DNA of 64,000 bases from Methanocellaceae archaeon UBA148 (GTDB lineage Archaea; Halobacteriota; UBA148), in contig DAHG01000033.1 of NCBI GenBank assembly GCA_002495885.1, positions 86,997 through 150,996 of the forward strand, given 5' to 3'. Every line of letters starts with the position of its first letter. Within the stretch, counting starts at the first letter, position 1. Under the pieces are notes generated by a model. The model did no database searches. It saw only the letters and a list, made by a program, of their open reading frames with translations, and was not told the DNA's origin. This document shows positions 19,204 to 29,691 of this stretch, piece after piece. The translations under genes and the position numbers were made by a program.

Positions 19204-20604
19204 TCACGCAAATTTCAAGATCGAGGATTCCATCGTACTTAAATCGATGATTGGAACATGAGCTGGGACCGGCTCTAGGTTTACCCTTTTCTGGAAATCG
19301 GTCTGTGATTGCCATGTGCCAGAATTCACCAAAGTAACGCCACGATACTTTGATAGCCCGATGGTGTGCACATGACCGCAATGTAATATGTCTGGGATGC
19401 TATCGATCACAAAATGGTCTTTCTTTTCAGGTGCTATGGAAACGCGTTCACCATATATCGGAAACAAATGTCTTCTTCTGAGCATTTCAACCATGATTCT
19501 GTCTGGCTCTTTATAGGATAGCCCGGGTAGTGCTGCAACAAAATCATCCAGAGAGCGCCCATGGTAGATAAGTGCTTTAATGCCATCCAGCTCTACCAAC
19601 GATGGGTTGCCCAAGAACATTACATTTAGATCGCAGAACATATCGGTTATTTTCTTTGGCAAAGCTGGTTGTGGCTCTGCCTGTCGAACAGCATCATGAT
19701 TCCCTGGTGAGATTATGATCTTGATGTACGTTGGTACTTCCCTAAGGTACTCTGCAGCCTTTTGATATTGCTCGTAAATATCTGGGATTAGTAGGTCTTT
19801 TTCTTGGTCAGGATAAACTCCGATCCCGTCCACCAAATCGCCCGCAATTACTATGTATTTGACTTTTTCGGCCAGCGTTCTTTGATCGTCATCTCCGAGA
19901 TCGCCATTTAACCACTTGATGAACTTAAACCATGCTCCCTCTAAGAACGTCTTACTCCCAACATGTATGTCAGATGTCAGAACCGCAAAAACTTGTTCAA
20001 ATGCTCTTCTGGACTGGTTTTTTACCGGTATATCCGGCCACAATACATTACTTGCTATTAAGAGCTTACCATCTTTTGTCAGATTTCCGGTAACGCCGAT
20101 AACCTCATCCAAGATAATATGATCGGATACTTCAAGTAAGCCCTTATTCTTTTGGAGAAGGACTGGAAACATCCCAGTTGGGTCTTCCAACTCTATCAAC
20201 TTATGTCCGTTTGAAGTATTTCTAATATCAGATACCATTCCAATAATAGCGGTCTCTCCTCGGACTTTGTTGAGGCTTTCAATGGGTCTTGCATTTACCC
20301 TTCCCCGGATCATATCACTTAGTTTGGCATATCTATCACGAAAATACAAAACGAACTCGTCATAACCGCCAAAACACGTCGATTCGCTGGTAATATCACT
20401 TAAAACTCGAACCTCTGCTGAAGGCCTTGAGAGGGCGTTTCTAACATGTTCTGGGGTGACCACCAACACGGAGTCGTCCAAAGACGTCAGTATGTCTTGC
20501 ATCAGCGCCTCAATAGAGCCTTCGTGCTTTTGTATCATTGCAACCGCATCTGGATGTATTTGATGCCCTGCCTCTGCAAAACGTTGGATAGTGTCCTCTC
20601 CCAT
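19204..20604 (-). CDS. polB: DNA polymerase D small (proofreading) subunit DP1
   Basis: SDIHVGS, GDLVDGIGVYP, PGNHD, YHGRS, GHVH phosphoesterase motifs. Confidence 0.96.
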   Translation of the reverse strand: MGEDTIQRFAEAGHQIHPDAVAMIQKHEGSIEALMQDILTSLDDSVLVVTPEHVRNALSRPSAEVRVLSDITSESTCFGGYDEFVLYFRDRYAKLSDMIRGRVNARPIESLNKVRGETAIIGMVSDIRNTSNGHKLIELEDPTGMFPVLLQKNKGLLEVSDHIILDEVIGVTGNLTKDGKLLIASNVLWPDIPVKNQSRRAFEQVFAVLTSDIHVGSKTFLEGAWFKFIKWLNGDLGDDDQRTLAEKVKYIVIAGDLVDGIGVYPDQEKDLLIPDIYEQYQKAAEYLREVPTYIKIIISPGNHDAVRQAEPQPALPKKITDMFCDLNVMFLGNPSLVELDGIKALIYHGRSLDDFVAALPGLSYKEPDRIMVEMLRRRHLFPIYGERVSIAPEKKDHFVIDSIPDILHCGHVHTIGLSKYRGVTLVNSGTWQSQTDFQKRVNLEPVPAHVPIIDLSTMESSILKFA

Positions 20605-20676
20605 AAAATCAACAAGGATATTTAATAGTGTAACAGGGTATAAATTATACGTTAGAGTGTATTAAGGGGTTTATAA

Positions 20677-21243
20677 ATGAGTGATAATTTTTGGATCGAA
20701 TTGGCAAGGGACTTGGTCTTTGCAACAGCCGCAGTATTCCTACTTATAGGTGTTGCATATCTCTTCGCAGGAACCTGGCCCATGATGGTTGGAGTCGAGT
20801 CTGGTAGTATGGTGCCACACATATATAAAGGAGACATCATATTCCTCCAGGGTATTAGCCGCACCACCGTCACAACACATCAAGTTGGTGCAGATGTCAA
20901 CTACACATCTTTTGGTGAATATGGCGATGTGATAGTGTACAGACCCAATGGAGATCCTAAGGTGACCCCAATAATTCATAGGGCCATGTATTGGGTTGAT
21001 GCGGGAGAGCCCATGCCCAATGCCAAACCTGCACCCCACGCAGGATTTATCACTAAAGGAGACAACAATAATGGTTATGATCAACCTGGCTTGACTGCCC
21101 CGATAAAACCAGACTGGATCGTAGGTGTTGCTAGAGGGAGAGTGCCGTATTTGGGACATATCAGGTTAATTTTTAGCGTGGCTTACCCAGTCCATGACTT
21201 ACCCCCCGTACAATCTGGTCTGGGTGTCGGGTATGCTAACTGA
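20677..21243 (+). CDS. sec11: Signal peptidase I (Sec11/S26)
   Basis: VESGSMVP, GDVIVY, IIHRA, TKGDNN; conserved position between cdc6 and DP1. Confidence 0.93.
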   Translation: MSDNFWIELARDLVFATAAVFLLIGVAYLFAGTWPMMVGVESGSMVPHIYKGDIIFLQGISRTTVTTHQVGADVNYTSFGEYGDVIVYRPNGDPKVTPIIHRAMYWVDAGEPMPNAKPAPHAGFITKGDNNNGYDQPGLTAPIKPDWIVGVARGRVPYLGHIRLIFSVAYPVHDLPPVQSGLGVGYAN

Positions 21244-22464
21244 CTTTAGATGGATACCCCCAAGTGACTTAAGCCGATAGTCCTCGAGTAGTACATATTT
21301 TATCTGATCTATTGGAATACTAACCGATATTTCCTTCGTTCGACCGTATCGGCCTTTGCTAACCACAGTGGCGCTGACGATTCCCAACATATCGAGTTCT
21401 GATATCAAATCAGTCACGCGACGTTGTGTTAGATCGGCCATGTCAGTCTTGTGGCAGAGGTCTTTGTAGACCGTATAGACTTCGCCCGTCGTCAAGTTCT
21501 TTCTATTAAGCAAGACCATACTATACAAGACCAGCTTAGATTGCGTTGGAAGAGTGCGCACGACCTCAACGATCCTGTCCAGCTCAATTTTATCCTGCGC
21601 CCATCGAACGTGCTCTTCCATAACGATGTCGCTTTGGGCACGCTCAGCCAGCTCGGCAGAGACGCGTAGTAGGTCAAGTGCTCGCCTCGCATCACCATGC
21701 TCTTGGGCGGCAAAAGCCGCACAGAGTGGAATTACCTCTGGACTGAGTGCATCTGACTTGAACGCCACACGCGCCCTTTGCTCCAAAATATCCCTTAGCT
21801 GGTCTGCATTATATGGCGGAAATATGATTTCCTCCTCCCCCAGAGAAGAGCGGACCCTTGGGTCCAAGAACTCTATGAATTTTAGATCGTTTGATATGCC
21901 AATTATACTAACTTTAGCATGATTTAATTCAGAATTAATTCTGGACAGGTTATACAATATTTCATCGCCCTTTTTAACCAATTTGTCAACTTCGTCTAGT
22001 ATGATGATTACGGCCCTATTCCCGTTATCGATTCCATTTTTAAATTCAGCATAAACTTGGTCGGTTGGCCAGCCAGTCGGCGGAATTTCCTTATCAAAAT
22101 AACCTGCTAAGTGATAAAGCACCCGATATTGCGTGTCTACAATCTCACAATTGATGTACAAAACAGTGCAGGGTTTTCCTTTAGATTCACTTATTATCTC
22201 AAGCTCTCTTCCAACATATTTTACTACGGCTGTTTTACCAGTACCGCTCTTTCCGTAGATCAGGATGTTCGAAGGGGTCTCTCCACGGATAGCAACTACA
22301 AGCGTAGTAGCCATTCTATTTATCTGTTCTCTTCTGTGGGGTAAATAATCGGGTGTATATGAAGGACGTAAAACTTCCCTATTCACAAAGATTGGTTTGA
22401 TATTTAGTAAATCCTCGAACAGTTGTTTGAGTTCCAAACACATTCCCTCCCACAACAATTCCAA
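21199..22464 (-). CDS. cdc6: Orc1/Cdc6 replication initiator
   Basis: LPHREEQ-like motif, GKSGTGKT, ILDEVD, LDPRVRSSL, GDARRALDLLR, SKGRYGRT wing; the true start may be ATG 22443. Confidence 0.96.
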   Translation of the reverse strand: MELLWEGMCLELKQLFEDLLNIKPIFVNREVLRPSYTPDYLPHRREQINRMATTLVVAIRGETPSNILIYGKSGTGKTAVVKYVGRELEIISESKGKPCTVLYINCEIVDTQYRVLYHLAGYFDKEIPPTGWPTDQVYAEFKNGIDNGNRAVIIILDEVDKLVKKGDEILYNLSRINSELNHAKVSIIGISNDLKFIEFLDPRVRSSLGEEEIIFPPYNADQLRDILEQRARVAFKSDALSPEVIPLCAAFAAQEHGDARRALDLLRVSAELAERAQSDIVMEEHVRWAQDKIELDRIVEVVRTLPTQSKLVLYSMVLLNRKNLTTGEVYTVYKDLCHKTDMADLTQRRVTDLISELDMLGIVSATVVSKGRYGRTKEISVSIPIDQIKYVLLEDYRLKSLGGIHLKSVSIPDTQTRLYGG

Positions 22465-22836
22465 TGGAAAGATACCTAATAATGATTTTGGTAATCACCC
22501 CTTTATTTCTACTGGAATTTACAATTCATTGTGCACTAGTTCAACTTTTATCAAAAAGGATTTTACGGGCTTTTTTAGTAAAATCTCTTTTTTTTATTGG
22601 CTTTTGATTGTCTCAGTGTTTTATTAAAGACAAGTCGGATGTATAGGGTTTCGGGCACCCCACCCCCTCTATTTCTACTAGAGCTGTTATAGCATATTTA
22701 TGGTTATATACTAGACTTACTTAGCATATTGTTGTTAGATTATAATACTTTTACTATATAAACATTGTCATAAAACAAATAAAGAAAGTAAGAATATAAT
22801 CAACTCAAGAACACCTCCAATTGAAACAATAGGGTG
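22459..22836. other. Replication origin oriC with ORB elements and AT-rich spacer
   Basis: ORB-like boxes at 22496-22517 (-, TTCCAGTAGAAATAAAGGGGTG), 22661-22683 (-) and 22815-22836 (+, CTCCAATTGAAACAATAGGGTG), plus a mini-ORB at 22459-22471; adjacent to cdc6. Confidence 0.85.
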
Positions 22837-22844
22837 AGCGTTAA

Positions 22845-23111
22845 CTAACTATCAATAGAAACTCTTTCTAATTGACTGGCTATACCCCAAATTAACGTTC
22901 TTGTATGTAGTGGAATGTTAAGGTCATTACTAACTTCATTCAAAATCGACATTGCAGAAGCAGCTCTAATAACTGGGGGTGTGTTTGTATTAAATAAGAC
23001 GGTCCGAGCCCCATCCGCCGCTCGTCTTATATTCCTTGGAACGGAACCATCCTCTATAATTTGCCCTAAAACAGCAATACATTGCTTGATAATACCTTCT
23101 TTGGACGACAT
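22845..23111 (-). CDS. UPF0147 family protein
   Basis: D.SVPRNIRRAA...A.SIL.EVSND.N.P.HTRT.IW signature. Confidence 0.88.
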   Translation of the reverse strand: MSSKEGIIKQCIAVLGQIIEDGSVPRNIRRAADGARTVLFNTNTPPVIRAASAMSILNEVSNDLNIPLHTRTLIWGIASQLERVSIDS

Positions 23112-23246
23112 TATACCACCCAATATTACTAAGGCGAACAATCTATATTAAATCTTATATCTCGTATATGTCATATTCTATCCTATCTAAAATCACAGAC
23201 CACAACCAATCCAACCACAACAAAGTCAAACGCAACCCCCCCCACA

Positions 23247-24830
23247 TCAAAATTTACCCAAAAAGCTTTGCTTTTGTGGGGTCGCTCCAGATCTTATCAA
23301 CTCCTCGCTCAAATTCGCGACTATCTTCCTCATCTTCTTCTCCCTGGCCATACTGGCCCAATAATAGGTTTCGTCTGCAGTCCCCTCAGTAATCAATATC
23401 TTAACTCTTCCAAAACCCCTTCGGGCCGTCCTACCCATCCTTTGGATAAGTCTGATCTCGCTGGGGACAGGTTCGTAAAAAACGACAAAATCTACCGACG
23501 GTATATCAAGCCCCTCCTCTGCAATGCTTGTTGCTACCAATACATTGTATGTATCACTCTGAAATTCTCGAAGTATGTGGGATTGATCCTCCTGCGTAAG
23601 CCCTGGATCATGTTGCTTGGAGGCCTGACCCACAAATCTTATCGGTCTTGCCAATTCTATTTCTTTTAGGCGGTGAACGATCTTTGTCGCGGTATCCCTA
23701 AACTGAGTAAAAACGATGATCTTTGATTGGGGGTTCTGTGACAATTCGCTCATTATCGCCTGTCTCAGCTTTTCCTGCTTTGGATGATCTATATTCAAGT
23801 ATTTTTTCACTAGTTCCATCAACACCGAAAAGCCCTGAGACGTCGTGATCCTTCTTGCAAACTTAACATCTCCCTTGGCTTTATCCTGTATGCTTTTTAG
23901 AAATTTGTGCAATACTTCTATGTCTTGTGTTGTCAGAACTTCGATAGCGTGTGAGAGAGATATCGATGCAGCCTGAAGTATGATGGCGGTGTATGCACTC
24001 CCTTGCCTTTTGTCTCGGTTTAGATTAGCTCTCAGCCTTTGACCCAATATCAACAAGTCCCTTTTGCTGACGTATTTTGTTTTCTTGTATGTCAGCAATC
24101 CCATGGATTGTAGTTTTTTTATCTCGCTATTGAGCATACCCTCCAAGACCCCCCTGATCTCCTTATATTCCTTGGGCAACTCCACTTTTTGCCAACTCAT
24201 CGTCAGTGGGTGGATGTATGGTTTTACATCATCATCCTCTTTGGATCTGTATTCTATGGCATTGATGAACAAGCTCTCATACGTCTCCTTGATCACCGTT
24301 CTGTCTTGCCCCGGGGAAGCAGTCAATGCCAAGATGAGCGGATCAATGCACTGATCTATATATATTTCTGCAATTTGGTTGTATGCATATTTTTTTCTGG
24401 CTCTGTGAGCTTCATCGAATACAATGAGACAGACATCGCCAAAATCATAGCGACCACCAACGGCATCGTTTCTTATAAGCTGTGGCGTTGCAAAGATGAT
24501 TTGTGCATTTTTCCATAATTCAACTCTTTTTTTAGGCTCCACTTTGCCTGTCAAAACCTCGAAATCATCGATGAGGAGAAATTTTCTGAAACTGTCATGA
24601 TGCTGTAAAACCAGCGGTCTCGTGGGCGCTAGAACCAAGATCTTTTTCAAAGGATGAATACTAAGCCTATGGGCTGCTACTAAGAGAGATAAGACCGTCT
24701 TGCCCAAGGCCGTTGGAAGTATAACCAGCGTATTATGCTCTAAACAGGTATTGAGAATGTTTTGCTGGTACAATCGTTCCTCCACCGTTTCTGGTCTGAT
24801 CAGTGGATGAGACACGTATTTACTCGCCAT
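23247..24830 (-). CDS. Hef/FANCM-like DEAH helicase without the ERCC4 nuclease domain
   Basis: HPLI..E.R.YQ, LPTALGKT, DEAH, LTASPG, EEGLDIP, QRMGRTAR; ends at QKQSFLGKF. Confidence 0.88.
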   Translation of the reverse strand: MASKYVSHPLIRPETVEERLYQQNILNTCLEHNTLVILPTALGKTVLSLLVAAHRLSIHPLKKILVLAPTRPLVLQHHDSFRKFLLIDDFEVLTGKVEPKKRVELWKNAQIIFATPQLIRNDAVGGRYDFGDVCLIVFDEAHRARKKYAYNQIAEIYIDQCIDPLILALTASPGQDRTVIKETYESLFINAIEYRSKEDDDVKPYIHPLTMSWQKVELPKEYKEIRGVLEGMLNSEIKKLQSMGLLTYKKTKYVSKRDLLILGQRLRANLNRDKRQGSAYTAIILQAASISLSHAIEVLTTQDIEVLHKFLKSIQDKAKGDVKFARRITTSQGFSVLMELVKKYLNIDHPKQEKLRQAIMSELSQNPQSKIIVFTQFRDTATKIVHRLKEIELARPIRFVGQASKQHDPGLTQEDQSHILREFQSDTYNVLVATSIAEEGLDIPSVDFVVFYEPVPSEIRLIQRMGRTARRGFGRVKILITEGTADETYYWASMAREKKMRKIVANLSEELIRSGATPQKQSFLGKF

Positions 24831-25122
24831 CAACGAAAAATATGGCCCGTAAACATAAATAATTACTTGATTTTTGGATTTTAAGATGGAATTGTCGAGT
24901 AACACTCTTCTGAGTAAAACTCTTATCATATCCTATAAGAGAATTAGGCTGATGCCACGCCATCTGGCTTAGTGTGGCGATCGCAAGCAATATGTATGCC
25001 CCCTCTCTACCAAGGAAACTATGTGGGTGGGGTGTGTGCCATCTATCTGTGCTATCTATCTCTATCCATTTTCCTGGGGACGTATTACTTTAAACATAAA
25101 CACTATTGCTTGATATGTATGA

Positions 25123-26787
25123 TCAGATCAACGCTCCAACATTTTCAAATATAGCATCCCCAGAGATCAACTTCTTCATCACGCCAGAGAGGGCTTCGAT
25201 AGGAACTCGTATCTGTTTCATTGAGTCCCTCTCTCGGATGGTTACGGTATCATCCTCCAACGTCTGGTGATCTATGGTTATGGCAAATGGTGTTCCAATC
25301 TCATCATGGCGCCTATATCTCCGCCCGATCGTGCCTGATTCATCATAGTCAACCAGAAATCCGCTTTTGCGTAAGGAGTACTCTACCTCTCTTGCCCTCT
25401 TGTCCAAACCATCCCTTGAGAGTAGTGGTAACACAGCCCCTTGCACTGGCGCAATATTGGGGGGAAGTTGGAGAACCACTCTCTTCTCACCTTCTACCAT
25501 CTCCTCCTCAAAAGAATGCTCTAACAATACGTAAACGATCCGATCGATGCCATATGAAGGCTCAATAACATGTGGTGTGACCCCTTCTCCGCATGTCTCT
25601 TCCTGAACGCGCTCATATTCGACCAAATCCTTTGTAAGAGGGATCACCTCGCCCCCAACTTGAATCACACCTTCTTTGAATTGATCTGGTTCTAGTGTTC
25701 TGAGTGCCTCTATAATTTTAGCTGCCTTGTCCTTGAATTTGATTCCTATGGCACGTACGTTTGGTTTTATAATCGTTCTTTCCCTCATTATGGGTTGCTC
25801 ATATGGGGTGAAAACGGTCATTTCGGTTTGGCTGTGCTTTGCGTGAGCTTTAAGGTCGTAGTCCCCTCTATTGGCAATGCCAACTATCTCGGTCCACCCG
25901 AATCTGTCTGTTAGTGCCTCAGCATCCCAACAATCACTTGCATAATGGGCTATTTCGTCTTTTTTATGTTGCCTAAACCTGATTTTTTCTGGTGAAAGTC
26001 CGATTTTAAGTAAAAACTGCAGGATCAGTGCAATATGGTATCCCATTAATTGGTGTTTTATGATTCCTTTTTCGACTGCATCTTTCACAGAGATCTCCAG
26101 ATCGACCCCATTGATAACCCGCTCCTTCGCAGGATACAATCGCAGCATGATATCCTTGACTTCGTCAAAGCGCGGATGCTCATTCATTCTGGGATCTATG
26201 AAAATCTCAACCTCAGCTATCGTGAATTCCCTTAGGCGTAGGGTACCTTGCCTGGGCGATATCTCATTTCGATAAACCTTTCCCATTTGTGCAACACCAA
26301 ATGGAAGTCTATCCCTGTAGAACCTTAATATTCGATGAAAATCGACGAACATTCCCTGTGCAGTCTCTGGACGGAGATATCCAATTCTTTTGGAACCCGG
26401 CCCAATGGAGGTTTTAAACATCAGGTTAAATGCATACGCATCGCCAAGCGAACCACCGCATTCTGGACATTTTTCAAGGCCTAAATCTACTTTAAATGCC
26501 TCCCCACATTTTTTGCACTCGGCCATCAAATCAGTAAAATTGTCCACGTGTCCAGATGCAACAAATACGTCTTCTATATTCATTGCCGGCGTTTCAATCT
26601 CATAGAACCCCTCTCTTATTACGTAGAAATCACGCCATGTCTCCTTGATCCTTCTCTTCAGGGCAGCGCCCAAAGGTCCAAAATCCCAAAATCCAGCCGT
26701 AGAACCATAAATCTCAAAAGATGGCCAGAGAAACCCCCGTCGCTTTGCCAGTTCTATGACTTTCTCGTATTTGTCCATCGCGATCAC
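25123..26787 (-). CDS. glyS: Glycyl-tRNA synthetase (archaeal/eukaryotic type)
   Basis: LRPETAQG, RNEISPRQG, HVIEPSYGIDR, IGRRYRRHDEIGTPF. Confidence 0.97.
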   Translation of the reverse strand: MIAMDKYEKVIELAKRRGFLWPSFEIYGSTAGFWDFGPLGAALKRRIKETWRDFYVIREGFYEIETPAMNIEDVFVASGHVDNFTDLMAECKKCGEAFKVDLGLEKCPECGGSLGDAYAFNLMFKTSIGPGSKRIGYLRPETAQGMFVDFHRILRFYRDRLPFGVAQMGKVYRNEISPRQGTLRLREFTIAEVEIFIDPRMNEHPRFDEVKDIMLRLYPAKERVINGVDLEISVKDAVEKGIIKHQLMGYHIALILQFLLKIGLSPEKIRFRQHKKDEIAHYASDCWDAEALTDRFGWTEIVGIANRGDYDLKAHAKHSQTEMTVFTPYEQPIMRERTIIKPNVRAIGIKFKDKAAKIIEALRTLEPDQFKEGVIQVGGEVIPLTKDLVEYERVQEETCGEGVTPHVIEPSYGIDRIVYVLLEHSFEEEMVEGEKRVVLQLPPNIAPVQGAVLPLLSRDGLDKRAREVEYSLRKSGFLVDYDESGTIGRRYRRHDEIGTPFAITIDHQTLEDDTVTIRERDSMKQIRVPIEALSGVMKKLISGDAIFENVGALI

Positions 26788-27626
26788 TTGATCAAAATTT
26801 TGATCAAATCCTTATCTAAAAGTAGTCCCTCTAGCTTGTTTTGCGCTGTCACTACCGGCATTTGATCAACTCGGTTACGACGCATCTTTTTTGCGCAATC
26901 GCTGATTTCTGACCGACGAAATGCTTTTATGACATCTTTGATCATTACATCTTTTACCGGAACTTCTGGCAGCTTTATGCGTGAGACACCATAATAGAGA
27001 TTCATCGTATCCCTCATGCTCTCCCATGCCCACGCATCCCCGTCAGATGCGGCCGACATGTCAAATTTTTCAACCGAATCCACGATCTCGCTTACATCAA
27101 GCAGATCTCTTTCGGTTATGATGCCGACCAGCTCCCCGTTTGAATTGAGTACTGGTGCCGCTTCCTGGTTGCTCAATCGCAGAATATCCATGACAACTGG
27201 CAAAGGGGTACCATCCCAAATTGCAACCAAATCCGACTTAACATAATCTTCGATTGAGTCTTTTAGGTCCATGTTGGCGATGGCTTCTACTAGGTCGGCA
27301 ACAGTCAGAATCCCTATGAGTGTATCGTCGATTACAACAGGCAATCGCCGTATGTTTCCTGTAAGAATCGCTTTTGCTGCATTAGCTATATCGCAGTCTG
27401 GGGAGATCGTGATAGGGTCTCTGGTCATTATCAGCGCAAGCTGCTCCTCATCAGGGTGTTTGAGCAGGTCTGTTCTAGTCACGATTCCTGCCAATTTTTT
27501 GTTCTTGATCACAGGAACCCCAGAAACGTGCTCACTCTTCAGTATTTTTAAGGCATCGTCTCTTGACCCTGGAACGGTTGCGCATACAACATCTTTTATC
27601 ATTATATTTTTGACTTTTATTGACAT
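26784..27626 (-). CDS. Four-CBS-domain protein
   Basis: Repeated SGVPV/RRLPV/QMPVV CBS motifs; conserved position upstream of glyS. Confidence 0.9.
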   Translation of the reverse strand: MSIKVKNIMIKDVVCATVPGSRDDALKILKSEHVSGVPVIKNKKLAGIVTRTDLLKHPDEEQLALIMTRDPITISPDCDIANAAKAILTGNIRRLPVVIDDTLIGILTVADLVEAIANMDLKDSIEDYVKSDLVAIWDGTPLPVVMDILRLSNQEAAPVLNSNGELVGIITERDLLDVSEIVDSVEKFDMSAASDGDAWAWESMRDTMNLYYGVSRIKLPEVPVKDVMIKDVIKAFRRSEISDCAKKMRRNRVDQMPVVTAQNKLEGLLLDKDLIKILIK

Positions 27627-27686
27627 TATCTACCCCTACTATGTAAGACAGTCACCGAATATGTTTTTTCAAGCATATAACTCATT

Positions 27687-27925
27687 CAGATTTACATCAT
27701 AATTCCTATTCAGAATTAATGATTTCGGTAGCAGACCATCCGACTATGAATTCTGAGTGAAAAATGCTATTAACCATTTATTTGATCCTCTTACTTCCCT
27801 TATCCTTATCTATGGAGTAAATATACATCTGTTACATGTTGAAAAACAACTGGAAAGGAAGCGAATGCAGAAGCATCGGCTTTCTTATCCGCAGATATCC
27901 TGTCGATTGTAATCATTTTGTGTAT
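27687..27925 (-). pseudogene. Possible decayed universal stress protein remnant
   Basis: Fragments HKMITIDRISADKKA...DVYLLH and IVGWSATEIINSE*EL/DVNL resemble USP motifs (KI.IATDGS..., G.PAEEI...A....DL). Confidence 0.35.
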
Positions 27926-28997
27926 AAATCTTTTCCCCTCCAATCACCGCAATTATATCATCGGGCCTTGCCCGTCTTACGATACCACTTATGGGATTCC
28001 TTACACCTTTCATGTTGTTTGATTCACTGTCGACGATCATTATGTGTGCTGTTTTGCCCTCAACGATTGAGCCCATTTCCGACTCAAGACCTAATGCCTT
28101 TGCCCCATTAAGAGTACAAAGCGTAAATACTTCTCTGTCATCCCTTAAAAATGCTTTTGCCACGAATTCAATCTCAGAGAACATGTTAACCGAATTAAGC
28201 ATTACGTTGTCAGTTCCTATCGCGACAGTTATACCTAACTCGATCATCTTCTCGATCGGCGGTCTAGTCCATGAACATCCGACACCTGTCACAAAGTTCG
28301 ATCGAGGGCAGACTACCACTGGTATATTTTTATCGGCGACCATCTTGAGATTTTTACGATCTGCGTAAGTTAGGTGAACCAAGAAATCTGGATCCAATTT
28401 CAATGCGTCATCAATATCTGCACTATTTGCCTCACCTGCGTGTATCGCAAACAGTTTATCTTTCTTTCTCGTCAGCTCCGCCAACATCTCCAGATAATCC
28501 TGGGGGTGGTCGTTAGTGCTACTCATGCCAATGCCGTCTGTGATTTTTAGAACTCTTTCAACATCGCCATCCGGGCGACCCAAGATGATTGGTTTTACCC
28601 CTCTTATGCAAGCCTCTTTCAGGGCGAGCACCCCGGTTACACCCCCTTCCCTAAAATCGGCAAATGCGGCGGTACCGCAACATCTCATGTCCAACAAGCT
28701 TGACCTCATGGATGAAACTAGTTCATCCTTTGGCGTTTCTGATAAGATTTTGTGTTTCAGTCCGCCGGGCGAAACCAATGCCTCAAGAGAATCAAAATTT
28801 ACATCCTTTGCGACAGAATCGCCGATGTGTGTATGTGCGTTTATAAATGCTGGGGCGATAATTCCTTTTAAGACGGAATCCACTTCTCCAGTGGCGACCT
28901 CACTAACTACCCCGTCTTTGATGACCAAATATCCTTCCATCACATCAAAATCATCGCCATATATAATGCTACCAGAGATGATATGTTCATGAATCAT
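27885..28997 (-). CDS. Metal-dependent amidohydrolase (deaminase-like)
   Basis: NAHTHIGDS, DFREGG, IHAGE, VVCPRSN, GTDN. Confidence 0.9.
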   Translation of the reverse strand: MIHEHIISGSIIYGDDFDVMEGYLVIKDGVVSEVATGEVDSVLKGIIAPAFINAHTHIGDSVAKDVNFDSLEALVSPGGLKHKILSETPKDELVSSMRSSLLDMRCCGTAAFADFREGGVTGVLALKEACIRGVKPIILGRPDGDVERVLKITDGIGMSSTNDHPQDYLEMLAELTRKKDKLFAIHAGEANSADIDDALKLDPDFLVHLTYADRKNLKMVADKNIPVVVCPRSNFVTGVGCSWTRPPIEKMIELGITVAIGTDNVMLNSVNMFSEIEFVAKAFLRDDREVFTLCTLNGAKALGLESEMGSIVEGKTAHIMIVDSESNNMKGVRNPISGIVRRARPDDIIAVIGGEKIYTQNDYNRQDICG

Positions 28998-29434
28998 GAG
29001 GACGAATTAAATAGGTTATCGTGGATTAAAACTTTTCCGCTTCACAGAGTTTGCATAAAATCAAAAAGTTTAATTTAGGCCGCACGCTTTTCACAACCCA
29101 GAGAAAAAGACGAGAGTTTGAAGGGGATAGGGAGGTGACACCCACTCTGGGTTTTTATGGGCGTGCGGCGCAACGCCCTTTCCTATTTATTTTAGTACAA
29201 GACGTTTTATGTATTATATATCCTGAGTTAGGGGTGGATTGTTGAGATTTGATATATTAATGGAGGAAATTCCCACCCCTTCTAATATATAACATATTTT
29301 CTACATATACCTTATTTGTTTTTTATCTTTATCTACTTTAGTATTATGCTTTTATAGTAGATAAATGTATTGATTTTATACCCAAAATATAAGTACTAAC
29401 AAGACCATTTTAATTAAGGAGGCATGGAGCCATC

Positions 29435-29686
29435 ATGAAGAACGGATTTATGTTGGGAAAGACAGAAGCTGGTGTTTTACGACTTGTAGTTGAATGCCAT
29501 TCTGATGAAGAGATAATAAGATGTATGATGGGGGTGGGACTCGCCTCATCGCGTCATATAGTGAAAGAGGCAATAAGTCGATTAATCCAGAAACAGTTCA
29601 TCGAGAGAGTTGGCGATACGCTAAAGTTGACAGAAGTGGGTCAGAAAACGGTGGAACTTATTAAGGTAGATGTTGTTGAGAGGTAA
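29435..29686 (+). CDS. Small winged-helix protein, function unknown
   Basis: GGAGG RBS upstream; AISRLIQKQFIER....LKLTEVG wHTH-like ending; co-oriented with Sec61beta and engB. Confidence 0.6.
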   Translation: MKNGFMLGKTEAGVLRLVVECHSDEEIIRCMMGVGLASSRHIVKEAISRLIQKQFIERVGDTLKLTEVGQKTVELIKVDVVER

Positions 29687-29691
29687 ATTTC

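Noticed and set aside
29100-29290. GC-rich hairpin GGGCGT...ACGCCC and inverted repeat AGGGGTGG/CCACCCCT as an ncRNA
   Set aside because: Short stems and no recognisable RNA family; could be chance.
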